From positions 3,584,001-3,648,000 of the forward strand of contig OZ242383.1 of the NCBI GenBank assembly GCA_965209155.1: DNA of 64,000 nucleotides, written 5' to 3'. Position 1 is the first letter of the stretch, and each line of letters begins with the position of its first letter. Below, piece by piece: positions 1 to 9,743 of this stretch. Under the pieces are notes generated by a model. It was not told where the DNA came from, did not search any database, and saw only the letters and a program-made list of their open reading frames with translations. Made by a program: the position numbers and the translations under genes. Source of the DNA: a bacterium. Its GTDB lineage: Bacteria; SAR324; NAC60-12.

Positions 1-28
1 AATATCTCATTTCGCTACACAATTTGGG

Positions 29-418
29 TTGCCTAAATCGCAGCAAAGCGCATTTCGCCAGAAACTGCAAAAAGCCTACAATCGGGTGGCCTACAAAGAT
101 GCCAAACGAGCTCTCAACGGAGTAAGAAAAGAATTGAAGCTGATCAATCTTTCCGCTGTGAACAGTTTGCAAGAAGGGCTGGAGGAAACACTTACGCTCC
201 ATCGCCTTGGTTTGGCGGAAAAGCTCTCAGTGAGCTTCAGAACGACCAATTGTATTGAATCTCTCAATCGACAGTTAGAAATTTTTACCGGACGAGTGAG
301 TTATTCGCAGAATAGTAAACAGCGACAACGCTGGGTGGCAACTGCTTTATTGGAGATTGAAGGCAATCTCAGGAGAGTGAAGGGCTATAAACATCTCGCT
401 CAACTCAAAAAGGCTTAG
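29..418 (+). pseudogene. IS256-family (Mutator-type) transposase, C-terminal fragment
   Basis: GLEETLTLHRLG...FRTTNCIESLN is the IS256 C-terminal catalytic-E motif; only 129 aa, with no recognisable N-terminal part in frame. Confidence 0.8.
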
Positions 419-465
419 CGAATGTCAATCAAATGAAGAGAAAAACAGTGTGAGTATCGTTAAAA

Positions 466-491
466 AATTTCAACTAGAATTGGGATTGACC
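466..491 (+). mobile_element. Probable right terminal inverted repeat of the IS256-like element
   Basis: AATTTCAACTAGAATTGGGATTGACC, ~50 nt after the transposase stop, resembles IS256-family ends; the partner end is not in the window. Confidence 0.5.
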
Positions 492-502
492 ACAATCCGA
501 AC

Positions 503-1093
503 TTAACTTGTATTTATTATTGTTGTAAAGAAACCGAAAAGAGTCACAATAACCGATACAATCAATAATAGCAATCCGTTTCTGATACACTGATACGCTG
601 CCTCGTTCCTTATATGTCGTACAGAATTAACTTTTTCTTGTGCAGCTAATGCATAAATTTTGATTTTTTGATCTATTTTTGCTTTTATCTGATAACAAGT
701 GCCGTAACCGTAGCGTGGTAAAGTCGTCAATGCTCCCAATGATATTAATCCGCCAAATAGCATATATAATACAGATATCGCAGATAGAGTAATTGACCAT
801 GACTGAAACCCGCCTTGCGTTATTGTTTTTGATATAAAGGTGCTTATACTGCTTAACAAAGTGAGTGCAATTGTTGATGTAAAGGTGAATTTGACGGTCT
901 TTTCATCAATAATTTGTTCTCGATCATGTTCTTCTTTTATACGGTTATTGATAGTGCAGCTGCTAAGATCAGAATAATTTGAGAGTGAACCGTCATTATT
1001 GATTAATTCTCTATCACTTGCAGCAGCAAGTATATTTCTTCTGTTTTTGTAGTAGTAAATAAAAGGTAGAACTTCTTCCAGTAATCTATGCAT
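503..1093 (-). CDS. Small multi-pass membrane protein (~3 TM helices), third gene of the graspetide cassette
   Basis: Three hydrophobic stretches (FTFTSTIALTLLSSI; WSITLSAISVLYMLFGGLISLGAL; GLLLLIVSVIVTLFGFF); likely ATG at 1093 overlaps the ATP-grasp stop by 8 nt. Confidence 0.7.
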   Translation of the reverse strand: MHRLLEEVLPFIYYYKNRRNILAAASDRELINNDGSLSNYSDLSSCTINNRIKEEHDREQIIDEKTVKFTFTSTIALTLLSSISTFISKTITQGGFQSWSITLSAISVLYMLFGGLISLGALTTLPRYGYGTCYQIKAKIDQKIKIYALAAQEKVNSVRHIRNEAAYQCIRNGLLLLIVSVIVTLFGFFTTIINTS

Positions 1094-2066
1094 TAACAAC
1101 CCTTCGCAATACATGCCTAGGTATTTTAGGCGGCTTAGCTAGCCAATCACTTATTATTTTATCAAAACGACGTTCAGCACAATTCAACCATCCCCATTCT
1201 CCAGTTGGATTAACTTCAAGGAAAAAATAATCGTTTTCTCTTTCAATCAAGTCTATTGCGGCAAATTCGAGGCTTAGATTTCGAGTTAAAACTTTACAAG
1301 CTGAAGAAATAGGCTTTGGCAAATTTATGTCCTTGTATTCAAGCTTTTCTTTTGGCATGAGGCGCCAATCACCAGCAATAGGATTTCGATCTGAAAGAAT
1401 TTGTACTGAGGATAAACTTTCACCAATTACAGTGACACGGACGTCAGTTTTATTAGAAATATACTCCTGAGTAATAAATGGAGCACTTTTTACCTCTTCG
1501 TCTGATAGTTTGCCTGGACAGGTGCTATAAGTAAAAAGGCAGTCATTACCTTCTCTCAGTAGTACAGTATCGAGAGACTTTATAATAACTTGTTCTTCTA
1601 TTTTGTTTGACGCTGTATTGCCGACAATTGTTTCAGGAATCTTAAATCCACACCGGTGTGCAGCTAATAGCTGGTATGGTTTTGATTCAGCCAAATAAGT
1701 AGCTTGTGGCCAATTCATCCAAGCGGCATTATCAAACATGCTAAAAGCACGGAAAAACGCAGACCATTGAGATTTTGTTAGCTGTTCTTCAATAGTCAAA
1801 GGGCTGTGAGTTGTATTTCTGAGAAAAACCGGCTGTCGAAACCATACTGACTTGAGGGAATCATCAATAGACCACGCACCGTGGTATTGCCCGGAGTGTT
1901 TTTCAATTTTTAATATTTGAGTCGTAAGAGAAAATGAGAATCTAAAGTCTTGAACCTGTTCTTTATTTATTCGCAAAAAAGGAACCCCCTTTTGTTTGAG
2001 ATTCAAAGCAACCAGATCGGCTGAAAAATCATACAAGCTTGTAAGCATCAAAACAGAAGGCTTCAT
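1086..2066 (-). CDS. ATP-grasp peptide maturase (MvdC/MvdD-like graspetide synthetase, RimK superfamily)
   Basis: SVWFRQP, AESKPYQL..A...GFKIPET, QEYI..K.DVRVTVIG, DWR, FAAIDLI, FLEVNPTGEWGW; adjacent to a short precursor ORF. Confidence 0.9.
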   Translation of the reverse strand: MKPSVLMLTSLYDFSADLVALNLKQKGVPFLRINKEQVQDFRFSFSLTTQILKIEKHSGQYHGAWSIDDSLKSVWFRQPVFLRNTTHSPLTIEEQLTKSQWSAFFRAFSMFDNAAWMNWPQATYLAESKPYQLLAAHRCGFKIPETIVGNTASNKIEEQVIIKSLDTVLLREGNDCLFTYSTCPGKLSDEEVKSAPFITQEYISNKTDVRVTVIGESLSSVQILSDRNPIAGDWRLMPKEKLEYKDINLPKPISSACKVLTRNLSLEFAAIDLIERENDYFFLEVNPTGEWGWLNCAERRFDKIISDWLAKPPKIPRHVLRRVVNA

Positions 2067-2266
2067 TCCCCTTTTTGGTCTTCACCAGTTTCCTGGTCAC
2101 ATTTCTTGGTTACTTGTTGCTCGGCGAATTGATCATTATTTACAATTGGTTCCCCATTGTAAATCCAATAACCATTTACTAGATCATAAGCAGATCCATC
2201 GGGTAAATCCACAGTCTCTTTGTATGGTCTGCGTGTAGCATATGTGATTAACGGATGTGTAGGCAT
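2063..2266 (-). CDS. Graspetide (omega-ester peptide) precursor, 67 aa
   Basis: C-terminal T/K donor and D/E acceptor core TKKCDQETGEDQKGE; its stop overlaps the ATP-grasp start (ATGA); GAGG RBS-like motif upstream. Confidence 0.85.
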   Translation of the reverse strand: MPTHPLITYATRRPYKETVDLPDGSAYDLVNGYWIYNGEPIVNNDQFAEQQVTKKCDQETGEDQKGE

Positions 2267-2419
2267 TGAAATCGACCTCTAAAAAATATAATTGATAAGT
2301 AGGGATGCACAAAATTCGAAGGTGACATATTTTACTGATGAAAATTAAACATAATAAGAATAATCTCAGAGAAAGAATACGCCAATAAGTAAAATTAACA
2401 TGATTGATCTGAAGAAGCC

Positions 2420-2773
2420 AATTCCCTCCCGATCTCTGGCTCGAAATGCTCTGAGACTCCGGGGTGCCCGCTGATACTCGTCATTTATGCCTCAAGCGGC
2501 TATTGCCTTCCCGCATTTCAATACAATCGGCCTATCCCAACACGTCGTTTTCCGTGCTCTATCACTTCAAGGTCGGCATTTCCGTTACCTTTATTCCTCG
2601 CCAGATTTCCTGCCTACGCTTCAACCCCAGTTACCATAGAGATTGCAAGGCTGGATACTGTACCTGTGGTTAACGGTTACACAGGCGGGCTTCCCACTTA
2701 CTGGGTTGATCGGCATCGCAAATCCATAAATAAAGCATAACTTCCTTTGCGGTAAAGTCAAATTTTATCGCAC
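2420..2773 (-). mobile_element. Group II intron 5' remnant (domain I only, no RT ORF)
   Basis: Minus strand begins GTGCG at 2773; + strand carries the motif order typical of antisense intron 5' ends (TTGCCTTCCCGC, GCCTACGCTTC, GTTACC, GCAAGGCT, GGCGGG..TTCCCAC); left boundary approximate. Confidence 0.55.
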
Positions 2774-2845
2774 GAATTATCACCAAACCACCATTATAGG
2801 ACATTACAAATTCAACTACAGACTCGCCGGGTGGGGAATTTCGTC

Positions 2846-5800
2846 CTACTCCTTCTCAAAGCCGCTGTCGTCGAAATTCAGGGTACGGCTGTTCTCAGTC
2901 ACTGTTCGTATGACGTGCTCCGGTGCACCGTTTGGGATGTCGGCTTCGATTTCCAAGGTCAATTTCACTTCCGATCCTACCAGACCCTCCAGGTGAGCGA
3001 TCACCTCTTTTGCCACTTGGCTCGCGTCAAGCCCGACACGCGTGGGGTCCAGTTTCACCGACCCGTGGTAGCGCCTGGCTGCGAGGTGTGGAGTGGACGT
3101 CGTGAGTCCTTCTGTCGAAGGCTCACGTGCTTTCCCCTGTTCTTTCGATTCTTTGAAATGGTTGGTTTCCGGTCCCTCGGCGGTATTTGCGGCGCGTGAT
3201 AGATCCGTATCCCTTTGCTGACGTGCCAATTCCGGACGGACAAGCAAGCCGGGGTCGTGGTCGGAAATTGCAATTTGCTCACCGAATCGCAGAGCACGAT
3301 ATCTCTTGGCTTCTTCATCATAGCTGTCGGCGTAGGCGAATGAATCCTGCTCCCAGGTGAGGAGCGAGAGCCCATCGCGTATGGCATGGAGCAGCACGGC
3401 TGGTTCCTTGAGCCTGGACAAATAGGGATATCGCGCGAAATCTTCCACGAGTTGCCGTATTGTAACGTGGTCTCCCCGCCACAGGGGTATGCGGTCCAGT
3501 TCCATGCGGAGACGAGTCCCGGCGAAGCTGGTTAGCAGCAACTCATCGTTGCGCATTCTTCTACTGGCCCGGTCTGCAAGAGCTCCTTGTCCACTCAACC
3601 TGATGGCTTGCCACTCCATGTCTGATTGGGAAATTTTATGCTCGGGCACCAGCAACCACTGGTAAGTCTCCCCGATACGCGCATTGACAGCGCTCTCGGC
3701 GGAGTTTAATTGGGATTCGGCCTGCCGCACCTGGTGTGGAGGAAGGTCGAGAGGTTCTTTGTCGGCAATTATCGACTGCCAGGCCAGGAATTGCCTTATT
3801 CCTTCCTCCAGTTCATGAAGGCGCGTTTCATCCGCCGCTAAAAAGGCCAAGGTGTTCCTGAACAGGCGCGGCGCGTTCCCTCGTGACTCCAATATGGACC
3901 CGGCAGCTGTGATGGCACGGCTTTCTGACCCTCCTTCACGAGTATGAGGGTAGTTCGGACCGAGTATCACCAGGCTCACTTCCTGGTCATCTTGCACGTC
4001 ATGACCCGATGAAGGAAGGAGGTGAACTTTTTTGAATTCACCCCGGTTTTTCAGTTCTGCCTTCAGTCTGCGAGCAATCTCCTCATCTACCTTGTCGCGA
4101 TTTTGCCGGAACTCCTCGGCTCGACTTTCGGCAAGATTGGCTACTGTCGGCTGAGTCGAATACCAGTAGCGCGCGCCATCCTGGTACAGGAAAGTGGCCT
4201 TGCTTCCGAGTCGCCTCATGGCATCGCCGAACACTGCGGGGGACTCTCCCGGAATGACGCACCCCAGCTTGATCCACCGGTCTTCGATTCCCTGGTTGGC
4301 CGCTGCCGGGATGGGAGCAGAGCCAAGATAGATCGAGCGAGCGACCCGACGGCAGGCACTGTACTTACCCAGGTTGGGAACCTCCCTGTCGATCTTCAAG
4401 GGCAGTGAGTTGACGCCGTCTATGTCACGTTCGATGACGGGGCGCCAGTATTCCGGTATATAACGCATGAGTTCGGATTGCACTTGGGGATCGTCCATGG
4501 GAACGTGGGCCGGCAGTATCAAAGGATTGCGGTCACCCATTTCCCAGAGACTGTGTATCACTGTCGCCATAAACCTCAAGACGCCACGCGTACGTTGGAA
4601 ACTCTGTAACGTCGACCAATCGGTGTAGAGACGCTCAAAGACTTCGGGGTGAATGGGATACGCCGCCTTGATTCGTTTCTCATATTCCCCCTTTGCGCAC
4701 TCCGGAGGAAATTCCTGCTGGCTATCGCGGTAGAGGTCACAAAAGGCCCGGGCTACGTTATCACGGGTTGCGAAGTTTGACGGGTCGACAATGGGTTGAA
4801 ACAGACGACGGCGTACAATTTCGAAACTCTCTTCCGCACTCGCCGGACGCCACGAGGAATCGATCCGTCTTAAAACGTTTCCCAGAAGGCTGAGCGCGGC
4901 CCTTCCTCTCCGTCCACCTACCTCTACGTCATCAGTTTGAGCATGGGGTGATTCGGTGGCGTCCGAGGCCGGAAGGCTGATGACCAGGAGGCAGTCCCTC
5001 GCCAGCTTCGCCGATTCGGAAAGGGCTTGGGCGAAGGTGAACTGGGTCTCGAAATTCCCGGCGGGAAGGTCTCCCTCGTCGTGAAGTTGACGGGCGTAAG
5101 CCACCCATTCGTCGATCAAGATGAGGGAGGGAGCGTATTGGTTCAGCAGCTCACGCAGCACGTCTCCGGGGTTGGTGGCTCGTTCATCGTCTTCACGCAC
5201 CCGTTCGTAGGCGCGGCGAGCTTCCGCTTCGCCACCCGCTGACTGCCCGAGTTGCCAGGCAAGCTCTCCCCACAACGTTCGTACTTGGGTGCCGTCAACC
5301 TTGGTGACAGGGTTGCCCGGTGAGATCCGGTTACCGACCAAAACGACACGGTTCACAAGGGGGAGTGATGCGACTCCGGAATCCTGCATAATCGTATCCA
5401 TACCGGACAGTTCATTGACCGCCGCTCCGGAGAAGAGATGGTAAAGGGCCAGCATCGAGTGGGTCTTGCCGCCGCCGAAAGTCGTCTGAAGCTGCAAAAC
5501 CGGGTCTCCACCCTTCCCTGAAAGCCGTTGCGCCGCGCCGCTCAATAGTTGTTTCAGACTGTCCGTCAAGTAGGTACGGCGGTAAAATTCCGAGGGGTCG
5601 AGGTATTCGGACGATCCTTCTCCGAGGTGTACCTGCCAGAGGTCTGCCGCAAACTCGGCCTGCTGGTACGTGCCACCAGCCACGTCCTGGTGCGGATTGA
5701 CCACCTCGCGCCAGGGAGTCAGACCACTCGTTCCCCGGTTTTCAACAACCGCACTGGCGCTCCTGCGCCGTTTCGCCCTTGCCTGCTCGTCGAAGCGAAC

Positions 5801-6217
5801 GCGCAGGAGTTCCATCTTCAAATCTTCGATTTTCCCGGCCTCCGGAGCCGAGACTGCCAAAAGGAGCCGGTGAGTCGAATCGAGGGCCCGGTAGGCGTCA
5901 TCACTGGAGAATGCTTGTTGGTGCGCCCAACGATTACGGATGACCCGCAACTCGCTCACGAGACTCCGTTCAGTAAAACCAAGGGTGTCTCGATAGACTT
6001 CGTTCCAGGACTCCCACATCACTTTCAGGAGTGCTGCGACGTCCAAGTTGGAAAAGTGCTCATTCACGTCCCGGACCGGTTCTCTGAGGATATTCTGCAA
6101 CGTTTGCGCAGAAAGTTCCCTGTAGTGACTGGTGAATTCATGTGAAACGAACGGCATTAGCCCATCTTTAAGCGTGTCCAACGCGCTGCCTATGCGATCT
6201 TTGTTGCTTGCTGCCAT
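2846..6217 (-). CDS. DUF499-family AAA+ ATPase with N-terminal Swt1-like HEPN domain
   Basis: PWREVV.PH.DV, EFAADL, Walker A TTFGGGKTH, Walker B ILIDEW, AYPIHPE, FQRTRGVLR; N-terminal RNRWAH (Rx4H). Confidence 0.92.
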   Translation of the reverse strand: MAASNKDRIGSALDTLKDGLMPFVSHEFTSHYRELSAQTLQNILREPVRDVNEHFSNLDVAALLKVMWESWNEVYRDTLGFTERSLVSELRVIRNRWAHQQAFSSDDAYRALDSTHRLLLAVSAPEAGKIEDLKMELLRVRFDEQARAKRRRSASAVVENRGTSGLTPWREVVNPHQDVAGGTYQQAEFAADLWQVHLGEGSSEYLDPSEFYRRTYLTDSLKQLLSGAAQRLSGKGGDPVLQLQTTFGGGKTHSMLALYHLFSGAAVNELSGMDTIMQDSGVASLPLVNRVVLVGNRISPGNPVTKVDGTQVRTLWGELAWQLGQSAGGEAEARRAYERVREDDERATNPGDVLRELLNQYAPSLILIDEWVAYARQLHDEGDLPAGNFETQFTFAQALSESAKLARDCLLVISLPASDATESPHAQTDDVEVGGRRGRAALSLLGNVLRRIDSSWRPASAEESFEIVRRRLFQPIVDPSNFATRDNVARAFCDLYRDSQQEFPPECAKGEYEKRIKAAYPIHPEVFERLYTDWSTLQSFQRTRGVLRFMATVIHSLWEMGDRNPLILPAHVPMDDPQVQSELMRYIPEYWRPVIERDIDGVNSLPLKIDREVPNLGKYSACRRVARSIYLGSAPIPAAANQGIEDRWIKLGCVIPGESPAVFGDAMRRLGSKATFLYQDGARYWYSTQPTVANLAESRAEEFRQNRDKVDEEIARRLKAELKNRGEFKKVHLLPSSGHDVQDDQEVSLVILGPNYPHTREGGSESRAITAAGSILESRGNAPRLFRNTLAFLAADETRLHELEEGIRQFLAWQSIIADKEPLDLPPHQVRQAESQLNSAESAVNARIGETYQWLLVPEHKISQSDMEWQAIRLSGQGALADRASRRMRNDELLLTSFAGTRLRMELDRIPLWRGDHVTIRQLVEDFARYPYLSRLKEPAVLLHAIRDGLSLLTWEQDSFAYADSYDEEAKRYRALRFGEQIAISDHDPGLLVRPELARQQRDTDLSRAANTAEGPETNHFKESKEQGKAREPSTEGLTTSTPHLAARRYHGSVKLDPTRVGLDASQVAKEVIAHLEGLVGSEVKLTLEIEADIPNGAPEHVIRTVTENSRTLNFDDSGFEKE

Positions 6218-6233
6218 GTGATCCTTTTTAAAA

Positions 6234-6650
6234 TTACTCGTAAAGCGCCCCGCGACGCTTGAATTCAGTCGCTATGGAGTTGTAAATTGCACGGGCCTCC
6301 GATTCGGCGAGGGCTGCATCCGCATCCGTAGCTTCCGGCCAGTTACCGGGATATCTTGTTTCCACCGCCCACTCGGTCAATTCGGCCAGGTCGGCGTGCG
6401 TAGTCCTTACTGACCAACTTTCCGGTAGACGGTTACGCAGAGCATCCAGGTCATGAGTGAACGAGAATTCGATTCCTTCAAGCACGAGGGCAGCCTTCAA
6501 CGCCTTCTCCGTTGACTGTTGACAGAGCCAGCAAACGTGACGTGGAGCAGTCGGAATGCCTGTCATCAATCTTGAGGCGACACTGAGGTCTTCTTCAGAG
6601 AACCGTAGCCAGCGGAGAGCCTCATGCAATATGAGATCAGGGCTGTTCAT
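6234..6650 (-). CDS. HEPN domain protein (MNT-associated type)
   Basis: CQQSTEKALKA, THDL and ETRYP motifs; overlaps the upstream MNT gene. Confidence 0.9.
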   Translation of the reverse strand: MNSPDLILHEALRWLRFSEEDLSVASRLMTGIPTAPRHVCWLCQQSTEKALKAALVLEGIEFSFTHDLDALRNRLPESWSVRTTHADLAELTEWAVETRYPGNWPEATDADAALAESEARAIYNSIATEFKRRGALYE

Positions 6651-6954
6651 AAACGGTCACTCCTTCTCGAAGAGCGGCGTGGAGTATGCTTCCTACCACG
6701 TCACCTCGACTCGCGATCTCATCCGGCGTGGTCACCACGATGTCCTTACTGATTGTGAGGTCGCCCAGAGATCGTCTTATCTCTACCGCTGCACGTCGTT
6801 TGTCTTGAACATCCCCCATCACTACGAGCAGGTCCACGTCGCTCGACACGTTGGCGGTTCCACGGGCATAGGAACCGAACAGCACCACGCGAACCGGTTG
6901 GAATCGCCCGACGATTCGGTCCACCATTGTAGAAATGATCGTCTCAATGGTCAT
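6637..6954 (-). CDS. Minimal nucleotidyltransferase (MNT)
   Basis: VVLFGSYARG-x6-DVDLLVV motif, 105 aa, paired with HEPN. Confidence 0.92.
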   Translation of the reverse strand: MTIETIISTMVDRIVGRFQPVRVVLFGSYARGTANVSSDVDLLVVMGDVQDKRRAAVEIRRSLGDLTISKDIVVTTPDEIASRGDVVGSILHAALREGVTVYEQP

Positions 6955-9743
6955 TGCGCAGTCCCTTCATCGCTGATAAAGGACGTTTGCCAGGATGATC
7001 TGCCTACTTCTCGAGCCAGGCGAGCGATCTCCGGCCAACTCTGAATCAGGGAGTTGTAGACCAGGGCTTCTTGAGAACGCTTTTTCAGGTCACAGATACG
7101 GTAGAGGCGGTAAGCCAATTCACGGGAGGGTTCCACATTGGCTCCGAACCTGTCCATCATCTCGGCTGCGACAGGCTCTCCCTGATCCAAAAGACGGACC
7201 ATGTGATGGGTTGTCTCCCAAATCGTGAAATTTCGTTCATCCTGCGGGTTCCAGTCTTCCTTCAATTCCTCAGGCCGGTACAGGCGCACCTTGCCCGCAC
7301 CCGATTCCAGTATCCCTGCCTCAACCAGTCCTGAGACGCTGGTGTTCTTGGCTTTCGAAAGCGTCTCGGCCACGCCGAATTCTCCTTCCGTGAAACCCGA
7401 CTGCTCGAACCAGGCCAACGCCCAGCGAGTCTGGGCATCAAAGGCTCCTTCCTGTTCCTCCAGTACCTCATCCAAGGTCTGGTTGATGAGATTGAGGGCC
7501 TCACGCACGGACATTGCCTCGCCGCTCGCATCCAGTACGCTAGCATAACGAGTGAATACCGCCATCCCTGGTCCGATAGCCGCCTGCGCCAGGTCCACCG
7601 GGGCGATGTTACCCGTCTGCATCTGATGCAATGCCGTTGGTAACTCGGACTTGAGAGCGTTTACAAACTCTCTGCGAGTAGCCACTGGAGCGTCCGTGGA
7701 CCGAAGGCGGCACACCAAAATGACAGAGGATGCTAGGGCATTGGCTCCAATCTGCCGACTACGACCGGTTCTCTCAGTTCGCATTGGCCACGTACCAACT
7801 ATATTAAACCCGGTTGTGACTAGTGCGGACAGCATTGTATCCCATCCGGAAGATGCCCATCTACCCTGTCTTTCTTCCTCTTGTTTGTAAGCATAAAAAA
7901 TGGATGATGGAAATTCTACGCTGGAGTATTTTCGTACTAATTCTAATGTTTTGACAAGCAATGCTTCAAATCGCTGTTTTGTATTTTTAAATCTAGGGCT
8001 AGCAACCATCTCCTCTTCCTTGGGTGTCAAGATTCCATGGAATAAATCAGTGTGAATGTTACGCAATAGTGGACGCAACCACACATAGAAATAATCAGAT
8101 AGATCTGCGTACCCGATATTGTCATAGTAAGGAGGATCAGTAATGGTAACAGGACTCTTGCTGGCATGGATGGCTATTGACGCATCTGCTTGGTATGCCT
8201 TCCCATTGTTGACTTTAATAGGCAGGCGATCGACTACTCTTGCAATCCATTCGACTTGGGCCATCCAATTTTGTGTAGCGTCATAAAAAAGGTTTGACTC
8301 GGCAAAGTCCCATATCATTGAAAGAGTCTGCATTGCAAAAGTTCCGGCGATAAAGTCGCCGGAACTTTGCCATCGAGCGTATCTAGAACAACTATTTGCC
8401 ATTCTACCTATAGCCAATGCCAAATATGTCCATAAGACATCAGTATAACTAATATTTCCATTTGCTTGTAATGTCTGTCGAATTTCTTCCAAAAGGTCAC
8501 TTAAAATAGTTAATCCAGTTAACTGGCGCAAAGTGAATAATTCGTACCATTCCTTGACTCCATAAGCCTGAATTGCAAACCCCAACGCCTTTTTTGGAAG
8601 AGTTCCAGTCGGTCTCCAAGTCGGTTTGGCGGATACAGCCATTCTTACGTGTTCATCAGTAGGCGACAGAAACAGCCGTTTGCGGTCACCCTCGGCAACT
8701 ATCGCAGTCATCTGCTCACCCATCTTTCCGGCTCTGGACTGTTCACGAACGTATGCCAGCGGCGATGTCGTATTGCACGCTATACAGGTCGCACCATTGC
8801 GGTTCACCGTGCCTTCCTTCGGCACACCGTCCTCGTGGTTTTGCACTACGAAGCAAATAACTTTTGCCTGACGATCGACTACCGGTCTCGTCCAATGCTG
8901 ATTGTTCGGTTTCTTGGAAAGTTGAAAGTTCACCATCAATGGCATCGTTATCCCACACGCCGGATTGGGGCATGGAACGGTGCGCGCCCACAACCAGGCA
9001 ATCACCGTGGCTTCTTCTCCATCTGGAAGCCGGACCTTTGGGTACAGGTGTCCGATGCGACTCTCGGCCTCGTCTCGCATCCATTTGCCATAGTATCGGA
9101 TGTCGTCGGCAAGTCCCGCGGTCCCATGCCAAGTTGAACCACCCTTAATATCAGCGGCATCCGGGTTCACGGGTGATCTGCCGGCAAACTTGGTAGGCAA
9201 CTCGATGAGCGCCTTGTTGATGAGCACCGCGACGGGGTTGAGATCGGACGCAATGGCGCGCAGACCAAGCCGCTGCGCCTCCAGGGGAATGGAACCACCC
9301 CCGGCGAAGGGATCGTAGATCGGCGGTGCGTTGTCATTCAAGTAACGTAGCACATCGGTTGGCCTGTCCTTGTCGGGGGGAGTCTCACCACGCGAGCGGG
9401 CAATGGAACGAGCAATCTCATATCTGGCTTCGTTCTGAACCTCCCTTGATGCAGGTATTCTCTCGTCGGTACTCTCCCACTTGACGACCTGTCGGATGAT
9501 GTTGTGAAGCCGGGTGCGTTCGGTGAGTTGCTCCTGTTCAGTGGGAAATTCGTCAGGGCAAGAGGATGGGTCATCCACCATGCTGGCAAAGATGACGGCG
9601 CGGCAGGCGGCTAGCGGCCTGCGCGCCCACCACAAGTGAAGTGTGGAAGGGTGCCCGTGCCTGATCGACTTCTCCCGCTTTGATTCTGCGTTGATCTCGT
9701 CCAGTGGAAGGTCCACTTCGATCAGCTTCTTGCGTACAATCAT
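6951..9743 (-). CDS. DUF1156-domain amino (adenine-type) DNA methyltransferase with Zn ribbon
   Basis: KKLIEV.LPL, LHLWWARRPLAACRA, SAM motif DPFAGGGSIP, catalytic TDPPYYDN, CPNPAC and CIAC. Confidence 0.93.
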   Translation of the reverse strand: MIVRKKLIEVDLPLDEINAESKREKSIRHGHPSTLHLWWARRPLAACRAVIFASMVDDPSSCPDEFPTEQEQLTERTRLHNIIRQVVKWESTDERIPASREVQNEARYEIARSIARSRGETPPDKDRPTDVLRYLNDNAPPIYDPFAGGGSIPLEAQRLGLRAIASDLNPVAVLINKALIELPTKFAGRSPVNPDAADIKGGSTWHGTAGLADDIRYYGKWMRDEAESRIGHLYPKVRLPDGEEATVIAWLWARTVPCPNPACGITMPLMVNFQLSKKPNNQHWTRPVVDRQAKVICFVVQNHEDGVPKEGTVNRNGATCIACNTTSPLAYVREQSRAGKMGEQMTAIVAEGDRKRLFLSPTDEHVRMAVSAKPTWRPTGTLPKKALGFAIQAYGVKEWYELFTLRQLTGLTILSDLLEEIRQTLQANGNISYTDVLWTYLALAIGRMANSCSRYARWQSSGDFIAGTFAMQTLSMIWDFAESNLFYDATQNWMAQVEWIARVVDRLPIKVNNGKAYQADASIAIHASKSPVTITDPPYYDNIGYADLSDYFYVWLRPLLRNIHTDLFHGILTPKEEEMVASPRFKNTKQRFEALLVKTLELVRKYSSVEFPSSIFYAYKQEEERQGRWASSGWDTMLSALVTTGFNIVGTWPMRTERTGRSRQIGANALASSVILVCRLRSTDAPVATRREFVNALKSELPTALHQMQTGNIAPVDLAQAAIGPGMAVFTRYASVLDASGEAMSVREALNLINQTLDEVLEEQEGAFDAQTRWALAWFEQSGFTEGEFGVAETLSKAKNTSVSGLVEAGILESGAGKVRLYRPEELKEDWNPQDERNFTIWETTHHMVRLLDQGEPVAAEMMDRFGANVEPSRELAYRLYRICDLKKRSQEALVYNSLIQSWPEIARLAREVGRSSWQTSFISDEGTAQ

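Noticed and set aside
2464..2673. 69-aa plus-strand ORF
   Set aside because: Lies antisense within the putative group II intron remnant, with no recognisable motif
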